A DNA stretch of 64,000 bases, from NCBI GenBank assembly GCA_036172245.1, contig JAYWIR010000001.1, forward strand, positions 8,742,001 to 8,806,000. The letters are read 5' to 3'. Position numbers and translations under genes: made by a program. This document shows, piece by piece, positions 49,900-62,047 of the stretch (the stretch's first letter is position 1; each line of letters starts with the position of its first letter). The DNA comes from Raillietiella orientalis. Taxonomy: Eukaryota. The notes below the pieces were generated by a model. That model saw nothing but the letters and a program-made list of their open reading frames with translations, had not been told where the DNA came from and did no database searches.

Positions 49900-52420
49900 C
49901 AGAGACAACCAGTACGAGAGTTTTTTTCGGAGGGTCCCTTCCAAAAGCTAGAGGAGAGGTTTTTTTCCTCCTGAGTCTTTCCTGGTTTCATGGAATGGTT
50001 CTAATGGGGTTGTCCCCTATAACTTGTAAGGGGACACGCACCCTTTGGTGGAGTAGAACGGTGTCAAAGGGCTGCGAGAACCGTCTGGAGCGCGGTGGTT
50101 CTTGAGGTACTCGGTGGGCCGAAAGAAAGAAAACCTGGAAAAAAAAATAAGAAAAAGGGACGAAAAGGGAGAAGCTAGAAGGAAAGCAGCGAAGACAAAC
50201 AATCCAAAATGACTTCTATCATCTCGTTCCGGTCAGCAAGAGCACGTCTCCTACCGAAAACAGGAGACTTGCTCAACATGAGGCAACTGGCGGCCGATCA
50301 CTGTGGTGAACGCAAACGCCAAGCTGCTTGCCAAGCTCTGGATGGGGCGACTGGGACGGGTGATCGAATCCATGGAGAGTCCGGAACAGACGAACGCTGT
50401 CTCCGCTCTTCACCATCTACTCTGAGTTGGCGATGAGAACATACAGGGAGACCCTGGAAACCCTGCCGAGCTCGTACCCGGGTACGTCTGCCAAGACGGC
50501 CTACGTGTACAATCTTCTGCTGCTCCCTATGTCCACCCCGATGTCAGCACTCGAGGACTTCGAGCTCCTAAGTCGGGGTGCGGTCCTGGAGGTGCCAAGT
50601 CGTCATTGGTATCGGTCGGTGCGACGTGGGCCGGACAGTCGGACTGGAACCGCTCGGAGTTCCCACGGGAGGGCACTTCAAGTACCTTGGTGTTCCGCTG
50701 GGGGACTTCTGCGTAGCAGAGGCCGACCGTCTCCAAAAGGCTGAGATGGCATTTGACCCGTTCCAGAACGGCAAGTTTTGCTTGTCGGAACATGCCGCGA
50801 TGTGGAACGCGTTTGCGAGTCCCCTCCTTCGCTCCCTGCTTTTTTCTTGCCCGCTCCACCTGACATCAAGAAAAAGACCGATGAGCTCCTGAAAAAATCT
50901 CCGTGAGGCACAGGAAGGTTCAGAGTCCAGCTGAAAGACTTGTGTGCCTTGCGTAGGGATGATGGACTGGGTCTTCCAGCTCTGGAGAGGATGGAGCGTC
51001 AGTCAGCGATTCAGAAAACTCACCCTCGAAGCGAGACTATGGACCACGCCCTGATGCAAACCAGGACGGCTCTTCGTGAACCGCACAACCGGCTGTGAGG
51101 GACTCATATCGCTCCTCGTCGCCTGCGAGAGACTGCTAAGGCGGTGCGGATACGAACCCCACCAGGCAGTTATCTTGGTAAAGGAGAACACCTGAACCTC
51201 CTGCCTCCCTGCAAACAATATTGCTTGGCTTCAGGAGTCGGTTTCCGCATGGGGAAGGATCCACGGCGCGAGCGAGGCGGAGTACGCCTGTCCGCAGCGA
51301 TGCATCAGCACTCGCAAATCGTTGGAGAAGATCGTCCGCAACCCGCTCAAGATACGGTGGGTGATACCCCCCTTGACTCAGTGCTGTCCTCCCTAAGGGA
51401 CGTAAGGGGCAGTGTAACTCCTCGCAAGGTGGGAAGTGACTTGCTGCATATCAGCAAAGAATAAAGCGGAAGTGCCCGAAAGGGAACTGCAGTCCCAGGG
51501 CTCTCTCCCCATCGTTGCAGGAGCTTCCCGGGCGGCTGCCCAGGTCGAACGACCTCCCTGGAAGAAGCCAAGAAAGGTTTCTCCCCGGGCAATCTGGGAG
51601 AGGAACAGAGAGGAACTTCTTGGGCATGGACAACTCGGGAAGTGACGAACGCTGCGTGCGACCTCGAGTGCGTCACCCCACGAACTTACGAGCTGGACAG
51701 ATGTGCTCGGCATCCCTCCGGAGGAGGTGAAGTGGCCCCAGCGTGCTGGAATAGTGCAACCCTCCCCCTCAAGTGGCAGGAGGTTGCGTTGCTGTTTGTG
51801 CATGGGGGAACCCTATGCAAAGCGCGCCTTCACCATTGGACACGAGGGAGCGTGGATGCTAAGTGCGACAGTTGCGGGAAGAAGGAGACCTTCTCGAACC
51901 TGCTGTTGGACTGTGCTGCCCTCCGACCCGTTTGGGATCTCCTCGCAACGATTCTAGGAACCCCGGCGGGCGGCTCCAGGGACATTTGCAAACGCGTGCC
52001 GTTATGCCGCCAGCCGCGTCCCTCTCAGTTCTGTGCTGAATCCGCGGAATCGTGGTAGCCTGGAACACGGGACGAAGAGGTCGGAATGGCAGGGACTCCA
52101 CCCACTGGGAGCAAATCTTCCTGAGGACTCGAGATGACCCCACCTGGGCACTATCCGAACAGAACTTCCCAGCATCCTGAACAGGATGTCGGAGACGTCT
52201 GGCAGAGCATTGTGACCCCCTCCTTAATTCCTTCCCTCCCCGCATCTAAATTCCCCTCCCCGTTTTTTTTGTTTATTTTTGTATGTTTTGTTTTCCTTTC
52301 CCTTACGCTGCCGACCCGCATCTCGCCGGTCCGCGCACCCGTTTTCGACAGGTTCATTGTGCGTGGTAGAACCAATGGTTCTACCACAACATGTTTTTTT
52401 ATTACTCTTGTAATAAATGT
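49900..52420 (+). mobile_element. Internally deleted L1/Tx1-like element
   Basis: ORF1 end, A-rich spacer and MTSIISF start, then AYVYNLLLL (decayed YADD), HFKYLGVPL, DDGLGLPAL, CDSCGKKETFSNLLLDC, 3' UTR and AATAAA. Confidence 0.8.
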
Positions 52421-52849
52421 CTTGGCATAACCGGGTGATAATCATCACAGAGGTTGCGGGTAACATGCGAGCCCTTCGGGCAAACGCTCCGTCGTCCCGG
52501 ATGAGAGGATCCCTCTCCCGGGTCGAAGTGAGAGGCCCACTTGAGGATGGAATGCGGGAGTCCGGCTCGGATGGTTGTCGGCTCCTCTCGGATTCGAACG
52601 CCTCTCCTGGCGCGCCTAGAGCCAGAAAGCTTCCTCCGCGAGTGAAAGCGCGGTCTTCATCATCTCCCCATCACCGCGCCAAAGACGAGATCTTTTCAAG
52701 CCGAAGGACCCACCGCACCCCCACGGGTGACTCCTCTCGTCTTCCTGCTTTCCTTCTGACCCCCTAGTCTCCTCTGGCAGGTCGACCCCAGCATCCTGGA
52801 AACCATCAACCGATAGCTTGAGAAAAGCCAGGAAGAAGCAGCATCCAGC

Positions 52850-54280
52850 ACGGTTTATCGCTTCCACCTCCACCTCTACTTCCATGTCGGGACAGATCCA
52901 ATCGCCGTGCTTTCCAGTTTCCCTGAGCGCCCGCATCGGCGTCCGCCGCTGGAAACTACTCGCTCCCTCCCAGACGGCGGCGGAATAGCTCTCGAAGGCA
53001 GGATGAGCGGACCGGTGTGGCAGCGGCGCCCAGCTCTACTGCACCTTTCCCGCACAGGCAACCCTACCACCACGCACCGGAACGGTCGCGGCTTCCGCAG
53101 AAGAAGAGTTGCTCAGCGACCGGCGCTGCTTGTGGCACGTGCGCACGGAGGAGTTCGTATACGCGCCGAAGACTCAAAAGGACCAAAGGGGGAGCCGCGT
53201 TCGGGGCTCCCTTCTCGACTGCCCTCCGCGATCTCCCAACGTGGAAGTCCGACCTCGCCTACGGGACATCCGACCTCCGGGAACGGATCGCGTCACCTTT
53301 CGTCCGTGGTCCTTTTTGATCGGGTCATCGTTTGCCACAGGTGAATACGGAGGGCATCTTTCGAGCGAACTTACCCATGACGGACTCGAGTGCCTAACCC
53401 ATACGACACGGGTGCCCCTGCCGGCAGATGTTGCAGCATCCTCCCCGGGAAGTTTACGGAAGCCGTCCTGCACGTCAAGGAGGAGGAAGCGAGGGTCGGG
53501 ACTCGCAGTCGAGAGATCCAGATGATGCAATAGGCCAAACGCTCGCAGTGCCTTCGGAACACGCGCCGATGACGGCTTTCCTGGCCCAAGGTCACCGCCT
53601 CGAAGCATTGTCGGGTCGGATGAGCACGGGGCAGAGTCTGTGGTTCCAAGGCATTGCACCGCGAGGCCACGCGGCTACTCTAAGTGCCGTTTCGCGACGG
53701 CTACGCGACGCCCACTTCGTCCCTGTCTCAACCCGATGATCCTGCGGCAGCATCCGACTTCTCGGCGCGTGCAACCGCCGCCACAGCAAGTTGCTATGGG
53801 GGTCGTTCCACTTGACGGTCGGAATCAGCAAGGTCCTGAGGCACTCGATCAAACCAACAGTCGAAGAATGCTCTTCACTTCACAAGGCCACGCAAACAGT
53901 CCTTTTCAGTCGGTCCGCTCCTCATCCCCCGGAGGTGGATGGTGCACAGCAACTTTCCCCTCCGGCGGCGAAAAGGCTCCTGCGTGTTGCCATGGGGAAC
54001 ACGATCGAAAAGGGGGAGCAGTGGAGGCGATTCGCTTCCCGTGGTGCTCTGAAAGTACCAATCTCCTCGGAGCAACCACGGAAGAAGGCCCGGAAACGAA
54101 TGACCTTTCTTCTCTATACGAAGGGAAGCCAAAGACGCACGAAACCTTCGAGAGGACGCCGGACGTCTCTCGCTGTGGCTCAACCCGACGGCCAGCAGAT
54201 GCATGCGGCTCACGAAGAGGCCACGCACGGAGAGGAGTTGCCTGAAGGCTCGCAGGAAGCACCGGAAAAGCGAGTCGATC
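52850..54280 (+). mobile_element. Decayed L1/Tx1-like APE endonuclease region
   Basis: FVYAP; PSEHAPM (SDH motif); GQSLWFQ (cf. GxGxWKLN). Confidence 0.6.
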
Positions 54281-55600
54281 AGTAGCCCGCCTGGAGCAAC
54301 ACACGGCGGAAGGTGTTGCGCCCTCGGGCGCCACGCCACGTGCTCGCTCCCGAGCGATCTCGCCTCGCACGTCTTCCACGCGAAAACAGCAGCAGCGATT
54401 CTAAGAAGGAGGATGCGATCCGGGAGCGCTTCGCATTCCATCTGCCCCGCCAATGCGAAGTCTTCCTTCCGTAGCCGCTCCATGGAACCGTCGGGAACGA
54501 ATCTCGCCTGTCCCTCTAGGTCGGAGCCTCCTCGAACGGGAAGGTGGGCGGAAGATGCTTCTCCACGGACGTGCAGCTGCAGGGTCTCCTTCTGGCTGAT
54601 AGGGGGTAGGAGCCAGCGCATCCTGCGTGCTAAAAAGACGCCCGTCCCCTGCGGGAACGCTCGGCAGAAGGAGCCACCTCCCGTAGCGACAGCACGGGCG
54701 AGCCATCCAACTGCCAAGCGCCCGCAGAAAGGCGCGCTTTGCCCCGGGACGGGCGCAGTCGAGCTCGTTGCATGTGGCTCGCGTCGCTGACCTGACTTTT
54801 GGAAAGGCGTCGCGGCCGGAGCAGCAGTGCGCTTTCCGCCGCATCCGCACGTGCTCTCCTCCCGCTTTCCCGTCTCCCGAAAGCGGCAAGGGGGCACAAC
54901 TCCGAGGACAAGCATCCGCGCGCGCCGATCGTCGCCGGAAGTCAAAAACCGGGATGCTGCCGATTCGCTTTCCATAGACGGACGGCTGCACCAGCGCAGG
55001 CTTTGGCACGTTCCATTCCTATGAGCCGAGGTGTCATCCAGAAGGACTTTTTCGATCCAGGTGACGCCAGGGAGTTCGTCCCAAACGGAAATAGCAGCCG
55101 GAGTACAAAATTAGCAGCAATCTAGGCCCCAGCAAGCCGGAACAACCCGACGGCAGATGTCGAGCAGCCGGTCGGTTGGCCAGCGACGTCCGCTGCGAAC
55201 GTTAGGGGGGAGGGGGAGGAGTAAATCGAGAAATAAATAGCGCCATAAATAGGAGGACAGTGATTTATGTGGGAGCGGAGCTTGGGAAAGGATCGCAGTC
55301 CGTTCACAGGCGCTTTCTGCATCATCTTCGCAATGCTGGATGATTGATCCTTGAGTGTTACCAAGTGGGACCATCTTGTCGTCCTTCCGAAGGAGGTCAT
55401 GTCAGGGGTGGCGTCCCTGCTGCCCCGTCCAGCGGAGTCTGCGTACCAGAAATGCTCCCGTCCCCTGCGGGAATGCTCGGCAGAAGAGGCCACCTCCCGT
55501 AGCTAGAGCGCGGGCGAACCTTCCAGCTGCCAAGCCCCTATGGAAAGGTGCGCTCTGCCCCCAGCAAGCGCAGTCGAGCTGTTCGGTTCGCGGTTCTGGC
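54280..55600 (-). mobile_element. Two tandem decayed fragments, probably of the same family
   Basis: About 54620-54775 and 55440-55580 are diverged direct copies of each other. Confidence 0.5.
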
Positions 55601-55699
55601 AGCATCCAGCCTTTTCCCTCCCCATCAGCTTGTTTTCATAGGTTTTTCCATCTCAGGCGATGGTCCAGCCTGCACTAACAACGTGTATCACAGGTGAAA

Positions 55700-58600
55700 C
55701 ACTATGCTTGTATACACCGTCTCGATACGCTCCACTGCTCCTTGGGAATTTCCGCTACCCTCACTGTTTCGTCATTTCTTAGGTCCCATGGTGTTGGAGC
55801 TTGGTTCACCAACCCTCTTTCCATGGCAGCTCGTACCTTTGGATGCAGAGTGAAAAGCCATTTTCCGATGTTCGTTCCTCTTTCCGTCCTGCCTTTCCTC
55901 AGTGCTGTTGAAGAGCCCCTAGGGGAAGACGGAAGTCGAAGGTGGGAATTTTTCGTTCTTGCTGGAGCACTCCATCCGGCTTCAGCTCCGAGCTCGATCT
56001 GAGGTTGCTTGGCTAGCAGCTACCAACCTTCGTTTTTTTGTGTTTTTACATTTCCCTCTCGATGTGGATCACCCCTATTTTTCTTGCGCTTCTGCAACGA
56101 TTCCTTCTGGTTCTGCTGATGCACCTGTCGAGGTTGTGATCTGGATATTCTTCCCCTATTCCGCACCTTGCGCACAAAGGATCATCGCCTTCCACGACGG
56201 GCGGTGACCCGGAGGGTGAAGCCGTCACCCGGCACTGGTGGGTGTGCGAGCCGATGGTGTTCTCCTTCGAACATGAAAGGGCTCGAACCCCGATACAGCC
56301 CAGTGCAGGAGTCCAACGATGAGGGTGTTTTGCAAGGAGGGATGCCTGTGCGGCTTTGCCTTGCGCTGCGCGTAGGCGTGAGGTGGTTGGTTGGTTGTCC
56401 TTTCCTTTCCGTGCGCCAGACTTGGGGCCGCTCGAGAACCGTTTTCAGCGCCCGATGCTCTTCTCACGTGATGCCGAGTGGCGTTCCTCTCCTGGACTGG
56501 CACGACTGCACTCGCGTCTCCCGCTACCATGGTTCCTGCTCCGATCCGAAACATCACTCTCCGGGGCAAGCGGTGTTGGCAAACCTTGCCGACACGGCGT
56601 CCGCGCGCTGTCGCCTACCAACGTCGCGATTTCGAAACAGTTCCGCGAGACGACGCGCAGGAGGCTCAGGCTTCGACTGCCCGTTGGCAAGAGCGTTCGC
56701 TTCCAGCGGACAGACATCCTGAGCCGCGCATTGGAAGTGGACTCCTTGGGTTCCTTCCAGATATCCGGAAGTGGTTTTCCCTTCGTAGTCCCGCTCTTCT
56801 CTTCACGCTCATTCCGAGTGCGTGCATGTCGGTGGGATGGAAGTTCTCCTCGAAGACCTTCCCTGAGGACGCACCTCTGCAGCTATTCGCCCCCCCCCCT
56901 CCTTGCACACACATACCTCGTTCCACCTGCCAACTTCTCCGGAGGAGGAAATCCGTCGTACCGGAAGTTGATCGGCTTCCTCAGCGTGTCAGCTTGCATG
57001 AACGTCCTTTCGAATTTATCAAAATGCTGGATGCCCGCGGCAGATCTGCTTCGTCGTCTCCTCTACTTCGATCGCTCCCATTATCACTGCGATCACGGAA
57101 CCATCTCTCTGGAACTTTTCTGGAACTCATCGAACACTCTCCTCGACGTGTCTGCTGCTTGGCGTCGGCAGGTGACGCCAACCGACGCAGACTTGGGGGA
57201 GTTCACGTCCAGCTCAAGGAAACCCCCATTCACGGCATACGGATTGTAGGAAAAACAGGGCCAGGACAATCCGGGGTCACCTCATTGGTGAGACCGAACT
57301 GACCCGTGCCGCGTTCTAAGGGTGGGTTGTCAGTACATACGGGAGGAACCCTCCAGCTTGTCTTGGCATGGTGCCAACGGACATGGTGCCGACGAAAAAG
57401 TCCTTTTGACCGACGGCCAGTCGGGAAGGGTCTGAAGTTTTCTCCCCCCATCCACTTCGGAATTCGGCTTACTTGAGTCGAGAGTGAGAGGTTCCCCATC
57501 ATTGTCGCGCTTGATCCCTCGTCGCCGCCAATGGCTCGTCAGATACATCCCAGCATCTCGTCAGAGAGTGATGCTCTCCCGAGGCGCCCTGAGAGGCGTT
57601 GCTTGTCCAGTGGGCATCAACCGCCTCCTGCCGCTGAAAGTGGAAACGCTCATGTCGCCGGCGGGATACCACGCTCCAGTGCGCCCGGCTGCAGGAAGGC
57701 CATGTAATTGAAGAGAAACTCACGGAGCTGATCCCGCGGTGGCTGCGTGGCAGCAGCAGCGTCCTTTGCGGACGACCGGGAGCCTGGGGATCCTGCGGGC
57801 AGGGAGAGAAGGCACGGTCCATTCCACCGCTCGCATGCAGGAGCTGCCGAAGACCGCTGCTACGTTTCTGCTTTCCCCGAGCATGGACGGCATGCTCGGC
57901 ATTTTCGTTTGCCCGTGGGGCTCGCTCCGTGCCTCGCGGCGACCCCAAGAGCGGGGATTCCTCCCCAAGAGCTTGCCAACACCCCACACAACCAGCGTTG
58001 GCAGGAAAAGAAGGAAAAGGGTCGGAGTGCGAGAACAGGTACCAGGGATGTGGCATTTCCCAGGATGATTCCATCTCGGCAGGAGACGCCATCAGAAACG
58101 GGATCAGCACTTTTTTTTCTCCCTTCTGAAAGCTGCCAGGTCAAACCTCTGATGAGAAGAAGTCACTTTTGAGCATCCCAGGGTACCTGAAAGTATCGCG
58201 CACATCATCTTCGAGAGCATCCAGCCCATGTGCTTCGCCTCCCGGGACGAATGCGGGCTCGAAATCCAGGCACGCCGCCCATACCCTTGAGAATCAGTCT
58301 GAACTCCTCAGGTCGCAGCTGCCGAGGTCGGCACAGGTAGGAGAAGCAGGTCGTTGTTATCGTCACGACCTCCTCCTCATCGCGCTGTGGGGGTGCGCCT
58401 CCTTCCTGGAAAAGGGATGCCCCCTCCGCGCGCGGCGCGGTGCCGCCCGCTGCTGCGGACGGAGCTCCGTGCTGCCTCCGCGGAGGACGCGGCGGCGAGA
58501 AGCCACAGGGAAAGAGGCGCCGGGCGACCAGAGAGACGCGCCGGTCCCGGTCGTGATCATATTTTCACGAGGATGGAGGGCGAGGTCGAGTCTCCCAGCC

Positions 58601-60950
58601 GGCCTGGGCGAACGGACGACTCGGCAAAGTCCCCGCCAGGGTTCACGCCCTTCGCACCGACTCGAAACGAAGAGCGCAGGGCCTGAGCCCGGGCGCCTTT
58701 CTGAATTCACAATCTCCCCCACTCCACCATCCGCCGCGCATCGATCCGCGAATTGCGCACCACAGAGAGCTCGATCAGCCGAGCGAGGTGGACGAAGATC
58801 CAAGGCGATGCGCAAGCTCCGAGACAGCCGTTGGCTGTCGCCGGCCAACACAGCCGATGCCTACCCGTAGATCGACCGCGACCTGACGAGCACCCGCCGA
58901 CTCGGAAGGTCCATGTGGAGGCAGGCCGGCCATTTGCTCAGGCTCAAGCCTCTGGTGCCGCTGAAACTGGAACCGCGCGGGAAGCAACCTCCGTGCCACG
59001 CTCTGCAATCGCACAGTCCAGCAGAGGAGCAGATTCTGGTTCCGAACTGGCCAAGGAAGACGCAATCCTCTCCAGCTGCCGCGGAGTCCATGGTTCGAGA
59101 CCGGGTTCGTCCGCGTGATAGGGAGGATCCCTCCTCCTTCAGGAAGACTTCGCCTGGTGTCCCCCGGGGACGTATCTTCCCGCAGAGAAGACACCTCATT
59201 CCCGTCAAACAGTCGAAGAAAGGCCACTCCTTCGTGGAGGGATCGCAGTCCCCCGCTGCGTCGACAAAGGTCCGGGAGGATTCGTCGCTCGCGAGCAGCT
59301 TGTCGACAGGGGTCTGCACAGGGGCAGGTAAGGAAGAGGGACGAAACCCAAAGAAGGTTCAAGAACGTTCGGGAGGAGAAGGCAAGGAATCACAGAAACC
59401 TCCCTGGAATCGCTGAGCTCGCCAACATGCTGGAAAGGATCGGACCCGGTGGTGTCGGATCGAATCCTGGCAAGGTTCATCCTTTCCGGAACGCCGACGA
59501 AGTTCCTCCATCCTCGCGAAGATGCGGTGACGACCGGGACCGGCGCGTCTCCTTGGTTGCCTGGCGCCTCTTCCCCTGTGGCTTCTCGCCGCCGCGACCT
59601 CCGCAGAGGCGACACAGAGCTGCGATAGCGTCAGCGGGCGACACCGCGCCTCGCGCGGAGGGACGGGACGGGACGGGACGGGGGGGGGGGAAGGAGATCG
59701 CTCCTCCGGGAAGGAGGCGCGCTCCTACAGCGCGAGAGGAGGAGAAGGTCGCCTCCCACGTCTCCTGATCCATCGCAAAAAAAGGGAGCGAGATCCAGAA
59801 CTGCGCCGCGAAACATCGGCGAAGCCCCGCATGCTGTCCCGGCATCTTTCGGTGCCTCCTATCCCTCGAGCTTCCAGATGACCGAGTCCGTCAAGGGGAT
59901 GGGGAGGTGGGAGGCAAGGATGCCCCCATACAGCGCCCGCTGCGAGGTAGCACTCAACCGGTGCCCTCAAGCAGGAGGGTGTTTTCTTTCTTTGGGTTCG
60001 CTGAGTACCTCAAGAACCGTCGCACCCCTAGGGGCGGCTCACGCAGCTCTTTAACGCTGTTCCACGCCACCCGAAGGTGCTTGTAATTCTTAGAGATAGG
60101 GGGCACCCCGGGGAGGAGATCACCCTACGAATCTAGGAAGGGCTTCAGAGAAGGGAGTCCGTTCCTCTCACGCCTGGGAAGGGACCCCGAAATGAATCCT
60201 TTGCCCTGGTTGCCTCCAAAGGGAACCGGAAACGATCCGCTCTTGGGCATGCCTTCTCCGGAGGGAGCCCGCGAGGGAACCTCTCCCTGTTTGCCCCTCC
60301 GAAGAGAACCCTGAAGGAACGCTTCCCAATTTTCTCAAGCAGTAAGGAAAGGATGGACGCGAAGCATACTAGAGGTTGCCGAGAGCTTCTGGACTTGCTC
60401 ACGGGAAGCTCAGGGTTGCCAGATCCACTGACTCGTTTCCGCGCGTACTTCGCGAGGCGTGGCCCGTCGATTCGATCGGAGTCGGGAAGGCAACGCCTTG
60501 AAGTGCCCCTTCAGCCCCCTGTTCCTATCCTGAGGCGGGTTCCGCGCCTTGCGCAGGAAAGGGGGCAGGATTGCCAAGGACAAAAGACGTTCAGAGCTCG
60601 GACTCGAGGAGAGCTGGAATGTCATCCTTCGAAGACGTGATGGGTCAACGTCTCCAGCACACGCCGCCAGTCGAGCTAGAGCGAGCGCCTCCGGAATGCA
60701 TCGTACGATATCCCGAGCATGGTACGGAAGTAGAAATGAGGAAATGCCACCACCCTCCACCGAATCAACGAGAGGCAAAAAGCCTCCCCCGGGTTGGAGC
60801 TTAGGATCCTCCAGACTCCAAAGTCCCGATGCCCTGGCTGAAAAGCATGGCGTCCGTTGCACAGGTCGGACTGTTCTCGTGTCCAAAACTTCGCGTCCTC
60901 ATACGATTCGGAAAGGACCGGTGCCAGCGACTGTACTGCGGAGCACGGCG
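55700..60950 (-). mobile_element. Near full-length, heavily decayed L1/Tx1-like element
   Basis: In order along the minus strand: ORF1 remnant, the shared ORF1-end block, APE remnants (GVAFL, VFLGQF, TWTF), RT remnants (VRKGR, LELDVNSPKS), then CARCGIGEEYPDHNLDRC. Confidence 0.65.
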
Positions 60951-61766
60951 CGTCGGCGAGCAGATTTCAGGAAAGGGAACCGATGCCAAGTCCGGGGCAC
61001 CCTTTGCATGCTTGGAACAGAAATAGAAGGCAATCGATTTCTTCTTGCACGTGCGACGCATTTGCGAGGAGGAGGAGGAAGAAGAAAGAGGTAAACCGAT
61101 GTCCATCGATCAGCTCGACGCAGCGCATTCTCTATAGCTGTTTCTCGATTGCAACGGCTGCAGATGGCGTGCTGCTTTCGAGGTACCTTGCTGTTGCAGC
61201 GCAGCCACTTCCGTCTATAAATACAGATACATGGACTTTCGTCGAAAACTGGGAAGATGAAACAGCAGTTTGCTTCGCAGATCCCTTAGTGCACAACCTT
61301 TTTTTTTAGGTGCGAGCATTGTACGATACGTGAAGAATCGAAGCATCTCGAATCTAACCATGAGATAGGTTCCCTGATGCTCGTGTTGTTAAATCTCGGC
61401 TTCCTTTGTCGTGGGCTGAAACTTTCCCTTCGTTGCATGCTGCAAGACTGCTGCTGCAAGTTACCCTGAACGAAGCATCCAATCAGGGAAGCACAATTTT
61501 AGGAACCCCTGCAGATGGGAGCCGTAAATGCTCGCACCGTTCTGGGTTGTCGATTTTCATGGCGCAACTGAAGAAAAGGCCGCAATCAGAGTTTCATGAC
61601 TCACGAGGCGGAAAAGGATCCATCTCACGCAAAACACTGAAGGCACTGCTGTTCTTTCGCTTTTGCTGTGGCCGTAGTAGAGCAGATGTTCGGTGCGCTT
61701 GACGAAAGAGCTGTAAGATGCTCCAGAGCCACCATGCTTATTGTATTGTGCATCCCGTTTACACTG

Positions 61767-62047
61767 AAATTAAATCCTGTCAGCTTAACGTCGCCACCTA
61801 TCCGGAGGCCAGAGTATTAAACGATTCTTTGGAAGTGGACGGGATGCTTGGAGCTCGCTCTTCTCCTGCCGCGGGCTGACTGGGTTTTTCAGTACTTCGG
61901 GGATCGACCCACTGCTCCCCTTGGCGAGAGGGCCGCCGCGCAAATGGAAAGATTTGCATCCCGCCCTCTTCCCAAAAGTAATTTAATACCCCGGCCGCCA
62001 GTTAGGTGGGGTATTGGATGTTGAGCTGATAACAACAGATTTGATTT
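61767..62047. mobile_element. MITE/foldback-like element with about 80-90 nt imperfect inverted arms
   Basis: 61767-61847 aligns to the reverse complement of 61956-62047 (shared TCAGCT, CCACCTA, GTATTAAA, CGGGATGC). Confidence 0.65.

Noticed and set aside
27700..61000. Many long overlapping ORFs (e.g. 36950-38059, 40606-41517, 45667-46683, 53875-54975)
   Set aside because: Expected in GC-rich DNA. R/P/G/S-rich with no domain, apart from parts already explained by SMPD1 exons or TE relics.
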